From contig JBHPBZ010000003.1 in the NCBI GenBank assembly GCA_042576165.1, positions 1-34,574 on the forward strand: DNA of 34,574 bases, in the 5' to 3' direction. Shown here piece by piece: positions 1 through 9,244 of the stretch; position 1 is the first letter of the stretch; every line of letters starts with the position of its first letter. Position numbers and translations under genes: made by a program. Below the pieces are notes generated by a model that did no database searches, was not told the DNA's origin, and saw only the letters and a list, made by a program, of their open reading frames with translations. This stretch comes from Candidatus Babelota bacterium (GTDB taxonomy: Bacteria; Babelota; Babeliae; Babelales; UASB340).

Positions 1-160
1 TTCACTAATTAAATGAAGTAAAAAAATTATAAAATAAAATAAAATTTAGCTATATAATTACACATATTCAAAAAATAATTTTTCATGTTTGACAAAAAGT
101 CTTTTATCCCTAATCCTAGGAATTTCCCTAATTCTTTTTCATTTTTTATAAGGAGCTTTT

Positions 161-2215
161 ATGTCCTCTTTTTTTGCACAAAAAAATACTTACAAAATAG
201 TGTTAGTTAATACATTATTAATAACATCGTTTTTCTTAAATTTTAATGCATTTTCTACTAATAAAGTTCACAGAACGCTAGACGAAAATGAAAATTTATT
301 ACCACAAACATTATTAGTAGAACAAACATATCTTTATGACCAACAATTGGACAAAAAAGAAAGAATAACCTTCAAAAAAGGTGACCTCGAAGCAATCTTT
401 GGTGGTATGATAAAAGTAGAATATTATTTTTATGACGATTTAACTTTTTTAAATAAGCACATACCAGAACAGATTGGTGCTTTTAAGCAAACTATAGATT
501 TAACCAGTAATATAATTTTTGGTAAAAAAAAATATGGTCATAAAGCTTTTGAATCATTTCTAGATTTAAGAAGTAAACAAAAATGGGGTGTTGTTGGCGC
601 ATACCGAAATACAACAGAAACAGAGGTAAAGTTAAATGATGTATCACTAGGTGAACACACACACTACAGCAGTAGACCCGTACCCTGGTTTAAAGATGCA
701 TGGATGAAAATTAGTTGGAATTCTATCTTGAGTTTAAAAACAAAAAATTTGCATAAAATTAAATTCGGATGGTTCCCATTTGCTTTCGGAAGAGGAATTG
801 CATTAGGTTCAGCTTATGCGACAATATATGAGGGACTTGGATTATACAATTATTTTGCAGATTCATCCGCCCCAGGAATCAAACTTAAAGGTGAAATAAT
901 TAAAAGCATATTAAAATATGATCTTTATTATGCAAAATTTGAAGATAAAAGTATATCCTGTAGAGATACTTTTAACACTGTAAAAAAAAATCATGTTGGA
1001 AGAAAATATAATCCATGGAGGGGTGTTGCTAAAGATGATGAACTATGGGGTGCAAGATTAAGATGGAAAGCATACGATAATAAATATGGATGCTTAAAAT
1101 TTGAACCTTATTTTTTTTATGATGAAGCTTCAGATCAAAAAGTCGAAGTTAAAAACGATGCTCACACAGAATTTGGGTCTTATGGACTAAGAACTAATTA
1201 CACAAAAGGCGGTTTTGAATTTGATGCTGAATTTGCTTTCAATTACGGACACGAAGATCTTGCAAATATTGATAGAAATTCCGTTGTAATCAATTTTAAT
1301 AATTTAGGTAATTTAGAAAAACAATATAGTCATATTGTGGATGAAAATGGAAACAAAATCATCATTTATGACTCTAGTCAAACTTTAGTAAATAATTCTA
1401 CTGACTACCAAAATAGTTCAAAAATAGGAACCTTAGATGATTACCCACACAAAACAACCCCTGTAGACGTTTATAACAATTCAAATCGTTTTAGACCTGC
1501 ATTCCGCAATAAATTAGATGGATGGATGTGCGTATCAGATATTTCTTATACTGTTAATGATTGGAATTTAACATTTGCAACAGAACTTGCTTATGCCTCT
1601 GGAGATTACGATCCTCATGCCTTAGACAGAGAATACAACAAAACCTTTAAAGGGTTTGTTGGTCTGCACGAAATTTTTCACGGCAACAAGGTACGAAGTG
1701 CAATACTTGCTGGTGAACGAGAAATAAATGTACCTTTAAGCTTAGAAGCAAATAAATATGAAAAAGATGGTTATTATGTAAGAGGTAATCCTGTTTTTAA
1801 TGATAAAAAATATATTGGTTTTTCTTTAAATTGGAAACCTAAAAAATTAACTCTAAATCCAAATGTAATTTTCTTTTGGAAAACATCGGAATCATACAAA
1901 TACCTTCTTGATATAGAACATCCGGACAATAGTCACTCTTCAGCAACAGAAAAAGCAAGTAAATTTATTGGAACTGAGGCTAACATAATTATGAGTTATG
2001 AAATGCTTGCCGATTTAAAAATTAGTGCAGTGTTTGCATTCTTCTTTCCTGGAACTTATTACAAAGATGTAAAAGGTGTCCCACTTAAAAATGATTACTA
2101 TAGAAAAGAGATTGGCTTGAGTGACCCACCTCCACCAGGCGTTAATATAGCCAACTATAGAATAAGCGATGACACAGCATTTTTCCTTAATGTTGGTGTA
2201 AGTTATATGTTCTAA
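161..2215 (+). CDS. Putative outer-membrane beta-barrel protein (alginate-export/AlgE-like features)
   Basis: 684-aa ORF; AAGGAG RBS at 150-155; hydrophobic N-terminal signal-like segment; alternating aromatic/hydrophobic beta-strand pattern; YASGD, GTEAN and FFPG segments; C-terminal VGVSYMF (BAM-type terminal Phe). The family assignment is inference. Confidence 0.6.
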   Translation: MSSFFAQKNTYKIVLVNTLLITSFFLNFNAFSTNKVHRTLDENENLLPQTLLVEQTYLYDQQLDKKERITFKKGDLEAIFGGMIKVEYYFYDDLTFLNKHIPEQIGAFKQTIDLTSNIIFGKKKYGHKAFESFLDLRSKQKWGVVGAYRNTTETEVKLNDVSLGEHTHYSSRPVPWFKDAWMKISWNSILSLKTKNLHKIKFGWFPFAFGRGIALGSAYATIYEGLGLYNYFADSSAPGIKLKGEIIKSILKYDLYYAKFEDKSISCRDTFNTVKKNHVGRKYNPWRGVAKDDELWGARLRWKAYDNKYGCLKFEPYFFYDEASDQKVEVKNDAHTEFGSYGLRTNYTKGGFEFDAEFAFNYGHEDLANIDRNSVVINFNNLGNLEKQYSHIVDENGNKIIIYDSSQTLVNNSTDYQNSSKIGTLDDYPHKTTPVDVYNNSNRFRPAFRNKLDGWMCVSDISYTVNDWNLTFATELAYASGDYDPHALDREYNKTFKGFVGLHEIFHGNKVRSAILAGEREINVPLSLEANKYEKDGYYVRGNPVFNDKKYIGFSLNWKPKKLTLNPNVIFFWKTSESYKYLLDIEHPDNSHSSATEKASKFIGTEANIIMSYEMLADLKISAVFAFFFPGTYYKDVKGVPLKNDYYRKEIGLSDPPPPGVNIANYRISDDTAFFLNVGVSYMF

Positions 2216-2224
2216 AAAAACTTT

Positions 2225-2277
2225 GTCATGAAATTAAAAATGCTTGCGTTAAACACAAGCATTTTTAATTTCATGAC
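2225..2277. terminator. Long hairpin, probable intrinsic terminator between convergent genes
   Basis: Perfect 22-bp inverted repeat GTCATGAAATTAAAAATGCTTG (2225-2246) / CAAGCATTTTTAATTTCATGAC (2256-2277), followed by TTTT. Confidence 0.7.
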
Positions 2278-2299
2278 TTTTGTCTATTTTGTCTTTACG

Positions 2300-2340
2300 T
2301 TTGATCTTTGTTGCTTTTTGATTTAACCAAAAAGATCAAA
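2300..2340. terminator. Second weaker hairpin just downstream of the rpe stop
   Basis: TTTGATCTTT (2300-2309) / AAAGATCAAA (2331-2340) inverted repeat. Confidence 0.35.
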
Positions 2341-2341
2341 A

Positions 2342-2995
2342 CTAGATTTTATATAACTCTGCCAACGATTTTATATAATATTTTTGAGAAAAAATTGCGG
2401 AAGCAATTCCAAATTGATCAACTCCCAAATCAACTAGTTTTTTAATATTATTCTTACTAATCGCACCATCCATACCAATTTTAAATGAAAGATTTAATTC
2501 TTTTTTTTTATCTTTTATAGGTTTAATTTTACTCTCAACTTCAGACATATATTTTTGTCCCGAAAATCCAGGTTCAACTGACATAATTAAAATATTATCC
2601 AAATATTTTAAATAATCAAAAACAGATAATATCGTAGTTTTTGGATTAACTGCAACTCCAACTTTACAGTTTTTTTTATTTCTAACTTTTTTAATTAAAT
2701 CAATTGCTAATTCTGCAAAATCAAAAAGTTCTGCATGAAAAATAAAACAATCAATTTTTCGTAAATTAAGCCTATCAATCCATATTTGCGGATTTTCTAC
2801 CATCAAATGTATCTGGAGAGGTAATTTAGTAATATTTAAAATTGAATTTACAAACATTGGTCCCCAAGTAAGATTAGGCACAAAATGGTCATCCATGACA
2901 TCAATATGATAACCATCACAATTAGAATTTAAATTATTAATTATTTTTTCTAAATTCAAAAGATCTGAAGAAATTAAAGATGGAAATATCTCCAT
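2342..2995 (-). CDS. rpe: Ribulose-phosphate 3-epimerase
   Basis: Motifs PSLISSD, HIDVMDDHFVPNLTWG, IHLMV, MSVEPGFSGQ, MDG. Confidence 0.95.
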   Translation of the reverse strand: MEIFPSLISSDLLNLEKIINNLNSNCDGYHIDVMDDHFVPNLTWGPMFVNSILNITKLPLQIHLMVENPQIWIDRLNLRKIDCFIFHAELFDFAELAIDLIKKVRNKKNCKVGVAVNPKTTILSVFDYLKYLDNILIMSVEPGFSGQKYMSEVESKIKPIKDKKKELNLSFKIGMDGAISKNNIKKLVDLGVDQFGIASAIFSQKYYIKSLAELYKI

Positions 2996-3069
2996 TAATC
3001 TACCTTTTTTAACTTATAAAAAATTTATTAATTACCACAAAAACAATGATCAATTATTAATAAGCTGAA

Positions 3070-3972
3070 TTAATTAATAGCTTGTCCCATATTAACTTCT
3101 GTTTCAAATCCTAATGCAGAATGTTTTAAAAATATCTCTTTCGGCTGTATTATTCCTTGCTTGAATATTAAAGCAATTGTTGATCCTCCAAACTCAAAAT
3201 ACCCCATTTCACTACCTTTTTTGTATTTTTTATGTGGAATAAAAGTTTCATGTATCTTTCCCACTAACATTGCACCAACAATAATACATAATACTTCCGA
3301 AAAAATATCCGTTTGTAAAACAACTAAACGTCTTTCATTTTTAATTAGAGGCTGAATTCCGGATTTATAAACTATAGGATTAACTGATTCATATTTGCCA
3401 GGGATTTTTATAGATTTCGAAGCAATGCAATCAGTTGGAAAATGAAACCTATGATAATCATATGGAGCTAATCTAAACAACATCATAGTTCCATTAAAAT
3501 ATTCGTAAGCCAAATTTTTATTTTGTAAAAAAAACTCCAAATTAAATGTTTCATTTTTTACAAAAAATTCAATTTTTTGTGATAAGTCTGGAATAATAAG
3601 CAATTTGCTATCAGCAGTAGCAACTAAAGTATTAGTATTTTGACAAATACTTCTTGCTTCTGGTTGTAATTTACGTATAAAAAAGTCATTAAAAGATTTA
3701 AATTGAGAAGGTTTTTTTTCAAACTCAGATATATTAATATTGTGTTTTTTTATAAATGGTAAAATTTTCCTTCTGCTAAAAAAAGAATCTTGATAAATAC
3801 TATAAAACCTTGCACAAATTTTACTTGAAAAAAATCTACGCAAAATTTTTCCACAAAAACTTTTATATATAAAATTTAAAAACTTGCAACCTTCTACATT
3901 CTCCTTAACAAGCTTTCCATCTGTTGAAAAATAAAACTTGTTTTGTCCTTTAATATTTATCCAATTATTCAT
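3070..3972 (-). CDS. psd: Phosphatidylserine decarboxylase proenzyme (GGST type)
   Basis: SFNDFFIRKL, RLAPYDYHRFHFP, VGAMLVGKI and the self-cleavage motif GYFEFGGST. Confidence 0.93.
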   Translation of the reverse strand: MNNWINIKGQNKFYFSTDGKLVKENVEGCKFLNFIYKSFCGKILRRFFSSKICARFYSIYQDSFFSRRKILPFIKKHNINISEFEKKPSQFKSFNDFFIRKLQPEARSICQNTNTLVATADSKLLIIPDLSQKIEFFVKNETFNLEFFLQNKNLAYEYFNGTMMLFRLAPYDYHRFHFPTDCIASKSIKIPGKYESVNPIVYKSGIQPLIKNERRLVVLQTDIFSEVLCIIVGAMLVGKIHETFIPHKKYKKGSEMGYFEFGGSTIALIFKQGIIQPKEIFLKHSALGFETEVNMGQAIN

Positions 3973-4015
3973 TTTTCTATCTCAATAATCACTGCTATTG
4001 TCATAACTCTTATAA

Positions 4016-5044
4016 TCATTTATCAAATTTATTATCAATATCACTAATATCGCTTCCATTTTCTCTACTACACATTAAATCAATTAATTTATCACTAAGA
4101 TGGTCTAAAAAATTTCCTAGTTTTTCATGCAAGTAATCTTGTATAACCTGAAATACAACACTCAAAATCTTTTGAGTTAATTTATGATATAACATCTTAT
4201 TTATAAAACCAGATCTAATTTCTTGATCAGCTTGTTCTTCTATCTCTCGGTTTGCTTGTATAGCAACAATATTAGATGCCGTATTAAAAATAGTTCCAAA
4301 AATGCCCAGTACTCCCTGCTGCACGGGCTTCCCCGCAATCTTACCAGCCTGAACACAAATATTTGAAATTGCATTAAAAATATAAGCAGCTGTTTGTTTT
4401 TTTCTACTCTTATCTTTTTTTTGTATGCCATTAAAATCAAAAGACATTAAATCTTGAATATTCTGTTCTAAATTTTCTAAACATTGATAAATATATCTAG
4501 ATAATACCAAGAAAAAATCTTTTATAATTTCTATAATTTCTTTCGAATCCAAAAAATCGATTGACTGAATAATAAAATTATCTTTTTTATATTCGCTATC
4601 TAAACTGATAAATTTATTCCAAAAATAAAATTTTCTATCCACATATTCTTTTTGTATATCATCAAAATTTACTTTTTCAAATACATATATAGCCAAATCT
4701 GAAAATTCCTTTATTACAGCTTTGCGTATTTTATGTTTTTCAGAACAATTATAAAAATCCATAGTTAAAGAAAAAATATTTTGCAAATCAAAAAATACTT
4801 TGCCATAACTATCTACTTCAGGAATATTCAGTTTTTCAGTTAACAAAATTTCCCTAACCCCTAAATAACTTTGATCTATTAATGATAACAAGTTTAATGC
4901 ATATTTTTCCTCATAATTTAATAAAGTATCCTCATCAGCAGATAAAATTTTAGGATTAAAATCATCAATTATTTTAAATGAATTTTGTGACAATAGATTA
5001 CATCCATATAAAAAAAATATTATCATTAAAAATTTTTTCTTCAC
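4016..5044 (-). CDS. Hypothetical secreted, mostly alpha-helical protein
   Basis: 342-aa ORF; GTG start with AAGGAG RBS; MKKKF-hydrophobic signal-like N-terminus; no recognisable domain. Confidence 0.7.
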   Translation of the reverse strand: MKKKFLMIIFFLYGCNLLSQNSFKIIDDFNPKILSADEDTLLNYEEKYALNLLSLIDQSYLGVREILLTEKLNIPEVDSYGKVFFDLQNIFSLTMDFYNCSEKHKIRKAVIKEFSDLAIYVFEKVNFDDIQKEYVDRKFYFWNKFISLDSEYKKDNFIIQSIDFLDSKEIIEIIKDFFLVLSRYIYQCLENLEQNIQDLMSFDFNGIQKKDKSRKKQTAAYIFNAISNICVQAGKIAGKPVQQGVLGIFGTIFNTASNIVAIQANREIEEQADQEIRSGFINKMLYHKLTQKILSVVFQVIQDYLHEKLGNFLDHLSDKLIDLMCSRENGSDISDIDNKFDK

Positions 5045-5096
5045 AACTATCTCCTTTTAATTTTTTTCATACTTTAAAGAAAACCTAAATCAAAAT

Positions 5097-5669
5097 TCAA
5101 TAATATTTTCCTAAAAAACCTTCAATCGGGTAACCCAAGGACAAATCTAAATGATCATCATCTAAAAATTGATCGTTAACTAAAAAATAAGCAGTCTTAA
5201 ATTCCAAATTAGAATCCCGAATGGTTTTTAACATACTTTCAAAAAAATTCCACTTTTTAAAAATAGACCACTCTCTGTCTAAAGGATTACAATCAAATAA
5301 AAAAAATACTTGACTATCATTAGACAAAGCAACAGATTTCAAAAAAATCTTTTTTTGTAAAAATCTAACTTCATGTAAAAATGATAGCCAATTATTAATC
5401 AAATGCTTTAAATTCTCCGAATTATTCTTTACAAAAACAATAGTTTTATTTTCAAAAATAAACTTATTATTTCTCCAAAAATAAAATTTAACCACTTTAC
5501 GCTCAGAAATATTGCTATTTTTATGTTCCAAAATGGATTCTTGTTTTATTAAATTAAAGTTCCAATGAATAATCAAAAAGTTTCTATGAATTAATAAAAA
5601 AAATACCCCCATTGAAAATGAACAAATAATAAAAACCAGAAATAATCTAATTTTAATTTTTTTTTGCAT
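5097..5669 (-). CDS. Hypothetical membrane-anchored protein (possibly GerMN-like periplasmic domain)
   Basis: Single N-terminal TM helix after basic residues; ATG at 5669 lies 3 nt after the upstream gene's stop. The GerMN resemblance (VKFYF, ESMLKTI, FLVND) is weak. Confidence 0.6.
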   Translation of the reverse strand: MQKKIKIRLFLVFIICSFSMGVFFLLIHRNFLIIHWNFNLIKQESILEHKNSNISERKVVKFYFWRNNKFIFENKTIVFVKNNSENLKHLINNWLSFLHEVRFLQKKIFLKSVALSNDSQVFFLFDCNPLDREWSIFKKWNFFESMLKTIRDSNLEFKTAYFLVNDQFLDDDHLDLSLGYPIEGFLGKYY

Positions 5670-5672
5670 CAA

Positions 5673-6098
5673 TTAAAAACCAAGATCTTTTAGGTCAATT
5701 TTACCGCTAAGTTCACGTCTTATTGAATCTTCATCCATATGAAAAGTAGAAAACTCTATGATTTCAGTATCAACTATACCAGTAAACCTATGCCACATTC
5801 CAATTTCAATGTGTTTAACATCTCCAGTGGTCATTAATAAATTCTCCTTCTTACCTTCAAACTCAGTTTCTAATAAAATCTTACCGGATAAAATATAAAA
5901 CGTTTCATCTTTAATTTCATGCTTATGCATAGAACAACGCGTACCACTTTTAAGTACTAATTTTTTGCCACAATATTTTGGATTATTAACAATCCATTCT
6001 TCATGTCCCCAAACTTTTTCAACAAAATTTACCAATTGATCAACCTTAAATCTTCTCTGTGTTTGCTTTTTTCTCGAATTATTAAAATTTTCTAGCAT
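5673..6098 (-). CDS. Cupin-domain protein (mannose-6-phosphate/D-lyxose isomerase-like)
   Basis: KVWGHEEW, SMHKHEIKDETFYILSG and G-x-WHRF cupin metal-binding motifs. Confidence 0.8.
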   Translation of the reverse strand: MLENFNNSRKKQTQRRFKVDQLVNFVEKVWGHEEWIVNNPKYCGKKLVLKSGTRCSMHKHEIKDETFYILSGKILLETEFEGKKENLLMTTGDVKHIEIGMWHRFTGIVDTEIIEFSTFHMDEDSIRRELSGKIDLKDLGF

Positions 6099-6188
6099 AT
6101 AAAATATAACCTTGTTAAAACTTAAATTATAAAAACAGACATATAAAATATCATTTATAAACTATGTTATCAAACAAAGGATACTGAG

Positions 6189-7046
6189 ATGAAAAAAGAG
6201 GTAATTTTACTTGGTGCACACGTTTCGATAGCCGGAGGATTACATAAAGCAATAGAGCGAGGGGAAAAAATTGGAGCAACTGCAATTCAAATTTTTACAA
6301 AAAGCAGTCGTTCCTGGTTTGCAAAAAAATTAACTGAAAAAGAAACTGAACTTTTCAAGATAAAATTTAAAAAATCAAAGCAAATAAAAATAGTAATTGC
6401 ACACTCGTCATATTTAATTAACCTAGCAGCTAAAGATAAAGAAATAGAAAAAAAATCTATAAAATCCTTAATACTAGAACTAGAAAGATGCCATCTGTTG
6501 AAAATACCTTATTTAGTTTTACATCCTGGCTCACATGTTGGGCAAGGAGAAGAAGAAGGAATTAAAAAAATTGCCAAAAATTTGGATGCCGTTTTAACAA
6601 ATTTTAAAGAAAAAACTTCAATAATCCTAGAAACCACTGCTGGGCAAGGAACAACTCTTGGATATAAATTTGAACAATTAAAGAAAATTCTCTCTCTCTG
6701 TAAAAAAAAAAATAAAATAGGAATATGTATTGATACATGTCATATTCTTGCCGCAGGGTATAATATTAAGTCAAAAAAAACATACAACCAGGTTATGGAT
6801 AAGTTTGAAAAAATTTTAGGCAAAACAATTCTTAAAGTTATTCATCTTAATGATTCAAAAACAGATCTAAATTCTAGAGTCGATAGACATGCAAATATCG
6901 GTAAAGGAAAAATTCCTCTTTCTATTTTTAAATTAATTATGAATGATAAACGATTTCAACAAATTCCTAAGATTTTAGAAACACCTATACAAAATGAAAA
7001 CGATTTTATTTCTGAAATCGAATTGCTAAAAAAGATGATAAAATAA
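6189..7046 (+). CDS. nfo: Endonuclease IV (AP endonuclease)
   Basis: LGAHVSIAGG, HSSYLINL, HPGSH, LETTAGQG, DTCH, HLNDSK, DRHANIGKG, ILETP. Confidence 0.96.
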   Translation: MKKEVILLGAHVSIAGGLHKAIERGEKIGATAIQIFTKSSRSWFAKKLTEKETELFKIKFKKSKQIKIVIAHSSYLINLAAKDKEIEKKSIKSLILELERCHLLKIPYLVLHPGSHVGQGEEEGIKKIAKNLDAVLTNFKEKTSIILETTAGQGTTLGYKFEQLKKILSLCKKKNKIGICIDTCHILAAGYNIKSKKTYNQVMDKFEKILGKTILKVIHLNDSKTDLNSRVDRHANIGKGKIPLSIFKLIMNDKRFQQIPKILETPIQNENDFISEIELLKKMIK

Positions 7047-7106
7047 ACAAGAATCATTACGACTAGGGATTTGCGTAACAAATAGTATTGAGTAAAAAAA
7101 TTTAAA

Positions 7107-8096
7107 TTACCCAAATACCACAAAAAGCCAAATTAATAAGAATAAAACACCAAATAAAATTAGAGAATAAAAGTTCAAAAATCCTAGTAAAAATAATATT
7201 GCCACCGTCGATAAAAAAGTAGACATAACACCAACAAAAATTAATATTGAAGAAACTTTCCACCCTTTTCTTCTTAGATAAAGACAAAAATGATGAGGAC
7301 TACCATTATAAAAAGCAATTCCATTCCAAGTTCTTATAATAACAAGAGAAAAAACCTCTAAAAGAGGTATTGCTAAAATTATAACAGGGGCATAATAAGC
7401 ATCATATCTAAATTTATTCCATGGTATTAATAAAGGAATTGCAGCTAAAAAACCACCAATATACATAGAACCTGCATCTCCCAAATAAATTTTGGCTGAC
7501 GGTTTATTATAAAAAAAGAAAACAAATAGTGGTGCTAAAAATGCTAATAATAAAATTGTTATAGAATAACTTTTTAAATAAAAAGCAATCAGTAAAAATG
7601 TTAAACCTGAAACGATTGCCAATAAAGAAGAAAGCCCATCCATAACATCTACAAGATTGAATGCATTTATAACCGAAAGCATCCAAAATCCTGAAATAAA
7701 GAGATTAAAAAAATCTGACAAGAATTTGGTCTTCAAAGAAAAGCCACCCTTTAAAAAACAAATAACAGCTATTATTTGCCCAAATAATTTTTGCCCTGGT
7801 TTTAATATCTTAAGATCATCGATTAACCCAACAAACAATAACAGTGTTACACCAAGTATCATCCATAAAATATTATTCTCAAATGTATAAGCAACAGAAA
7901 TGGTTGCTATAAATGGAATATAAATAGCAAGACCACCAAGGTATGGGACTGCTCGTTTATGATTCTTTATTTTACCGTCAGGAACATCTAAAACATTTAA
8001 TTTAAAAGCGGCTTTAATTAAAAGAGGAATAAGATACAATGATAATAAAATTGGAAATACAAAAGAAAAAATATGACGAATAACAGTAATCTTCAC
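7107..8096 (-). CDS. Polyprenyl-phosphate N-acetylhexosamine-1-phosphate transferase (WecA/TagO/MraY family, GT4)
   Basis: Multi-TM protein; PYLGG, GLIDD, NAFNLVDVMDGL, IYLGDAGS, HH motif. Start moved to GTG 8096, which follows a GGAGA RBS and overlaps the lpxK stop (GTGA). Confidence 0.88.
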   Translation of the reverse strand: MKITVIRHIFSFVFPILLSLYLIPLLIKAAFKLNVLDVPDGKIKNHKRAVPYLGGLAIYIPFIATISVAYTFENNILWMILGVTLLLFVGLIDDLKILKPGQKLFGQIIAVICFLKGGFSLKTKFLSDFFNLFISGFWMLSVINAFNLVDVMDGLSSLLAIVSGLTFLLIAFYLKSYSITILLLAFLAPLFVFFFYNKPSAKIYLGDAGSMYIGGFLAAIPLLIPWNKFRYDAYYAPVIILAIPLLEVFSLVIIRTWNGIAFYNGSPHHFCLYLRRKGWKVSSILIFVGVMSTFLSTVAILFLLGFLNFYSLILFGVLFLLIWLFVVFG

Positions 8097-9226
8097 GACA
8101 ATTTCTCCCAAAATATATTGTTAAAAAAGAATCTTTCTTCTTCTTTTGTTAAAAATTCAAAACCTATCTTTAAAACATAAATTTTTTCTAACATTTTGTT
8201 GTTATTGTTATGTAAAAACTTTTTTAATTTTACCCAATCTTTTTGAGTTGTAACAGCACCATCCAAATTTTTCTTTTTTATTTTATCAAAAATAAAATCA
8301 ATATCATTTTTTTTATAATCAAAGTGATCCTTATATTGTATCGTATCACAAATATTAATATTTAATGTTTCTAGACTTTTTAAAAAAGAATCAAAAGAAC
8401 CAATTCCTGCAAATACCAAAAATTTTTTAATTTTTATTTCTGCAGTATTAACAAGTTTGGAATTTGATAAAAATAACCCCTGAATTTTATGTTTACCGCA
8501 AAATATTTTTCTACTGTCAAAATCATGCAAAATATTATCTTTAATAAATTTTAAGAAACTTTCATTAACCAAGTCTGCATGGGTTAAAATGATAGTATCT
8601 GTTCTAGAATAATCTTTCTCTCTCAATCTTCCTGCAGGCAAACAATGACCATTTTCTAAAGGTCTTCTCGCATCAAGTAATAAAATTTCAAAATCCTTTT
8701 TAACTGAGAAATTTTGATATGAATCATCAAAAACAGCAAAATCAATTTTAGGTACAATGTCATTTAGTATTTGGCATGACTTGAATCTTTTTTTACCAAC
8801 CACAACAAAAACCCCTAAGGATTCTGCCATCATAAAAGCTTCGTCTCCACAAAAGCTATGATCGCAAAATATATTTTTACCATCACTTACCAAAAAACTT
8901 TTACTAGTTTTAGAGCATTGACTTTGATATCCACGTAAAACAATGGCACTATTTAAATTATTTAAATGATTGACTAAAAATTGAACAAAAACAGATTTCC
9001 CAGTTCCACCAACCGAAAGGTTGCCGACTGAAACAACTTTAAAATTAAAATTAGCTTTTCTAGTTTTTTTTTTAAAAAAAATAATAACTAGAAAAGCTAA
9101 TTTATATAGAACTTCTAGAAAACATAATATCAAAAAGATAAATTTTTCAAAAAAACACAAATTTTTAAAATTTAAAGCTCTATTCCAAAAACCAACAAAA
9201 TAAGAAGTGATCTTATCATAAAACAT
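8093..9226 (-). CDS. lpxK: Tetraacyldisaccharide 4'-kinase
   Basis: VSVGNLSVGGTGKS P-loop, GDEA, DDSYQ, LPAGRLRE, FAGIG, DH, TTQKDWVKL. Confidence 0.92.
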   Translation of the reverse strand: MFYDKITSYFVGFWNRALNFKNLCFFEKFIFLILCFLEVLYKLAFLVIIFFKKKTRKANFNFKVVSVGNLSVGGTGKSVFVQFLVNHLNNLNSAIVLRGYQSQCSKTSKSFLVSDGKNIFCDHSFCGDEAFMMAESLGVFVVVGKKRFKSCQILNDIVPKIDFAVFDDSYQNFSVKKDFEILLLDARRPLENGHCLPAGRLREKDYSRTDTIILTHADLVNESFLKFIKDNILHDFDSRKIFCGKHKIQGLFLSNSKLVNTAEIKIKKFLVFAGIGSFDSFLKSLETLNINICDTIQYKDHFDYKKNDIDFIFDKIKKKNLDGAVTTQKDWVKLKKFLHNNNNKMLEKIYVLKIGFEFLTKEEERFFFNNIFWEKLS

Positions 9227-9244
9227 TTTTTAATAAAAAAAGTT

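Noticed and set aside
89-118. Perfect TTGACA upstream of the first gene
   Set aside because: No convincing -10 hexamer at 16-18 bp spacing
7047-7106. Weak hairpin (TTACG/CGTAA) and faint similarity to 30430-30480
   Set aside because: Too short and degenerate to distinguish from chance in AT-rich DNA
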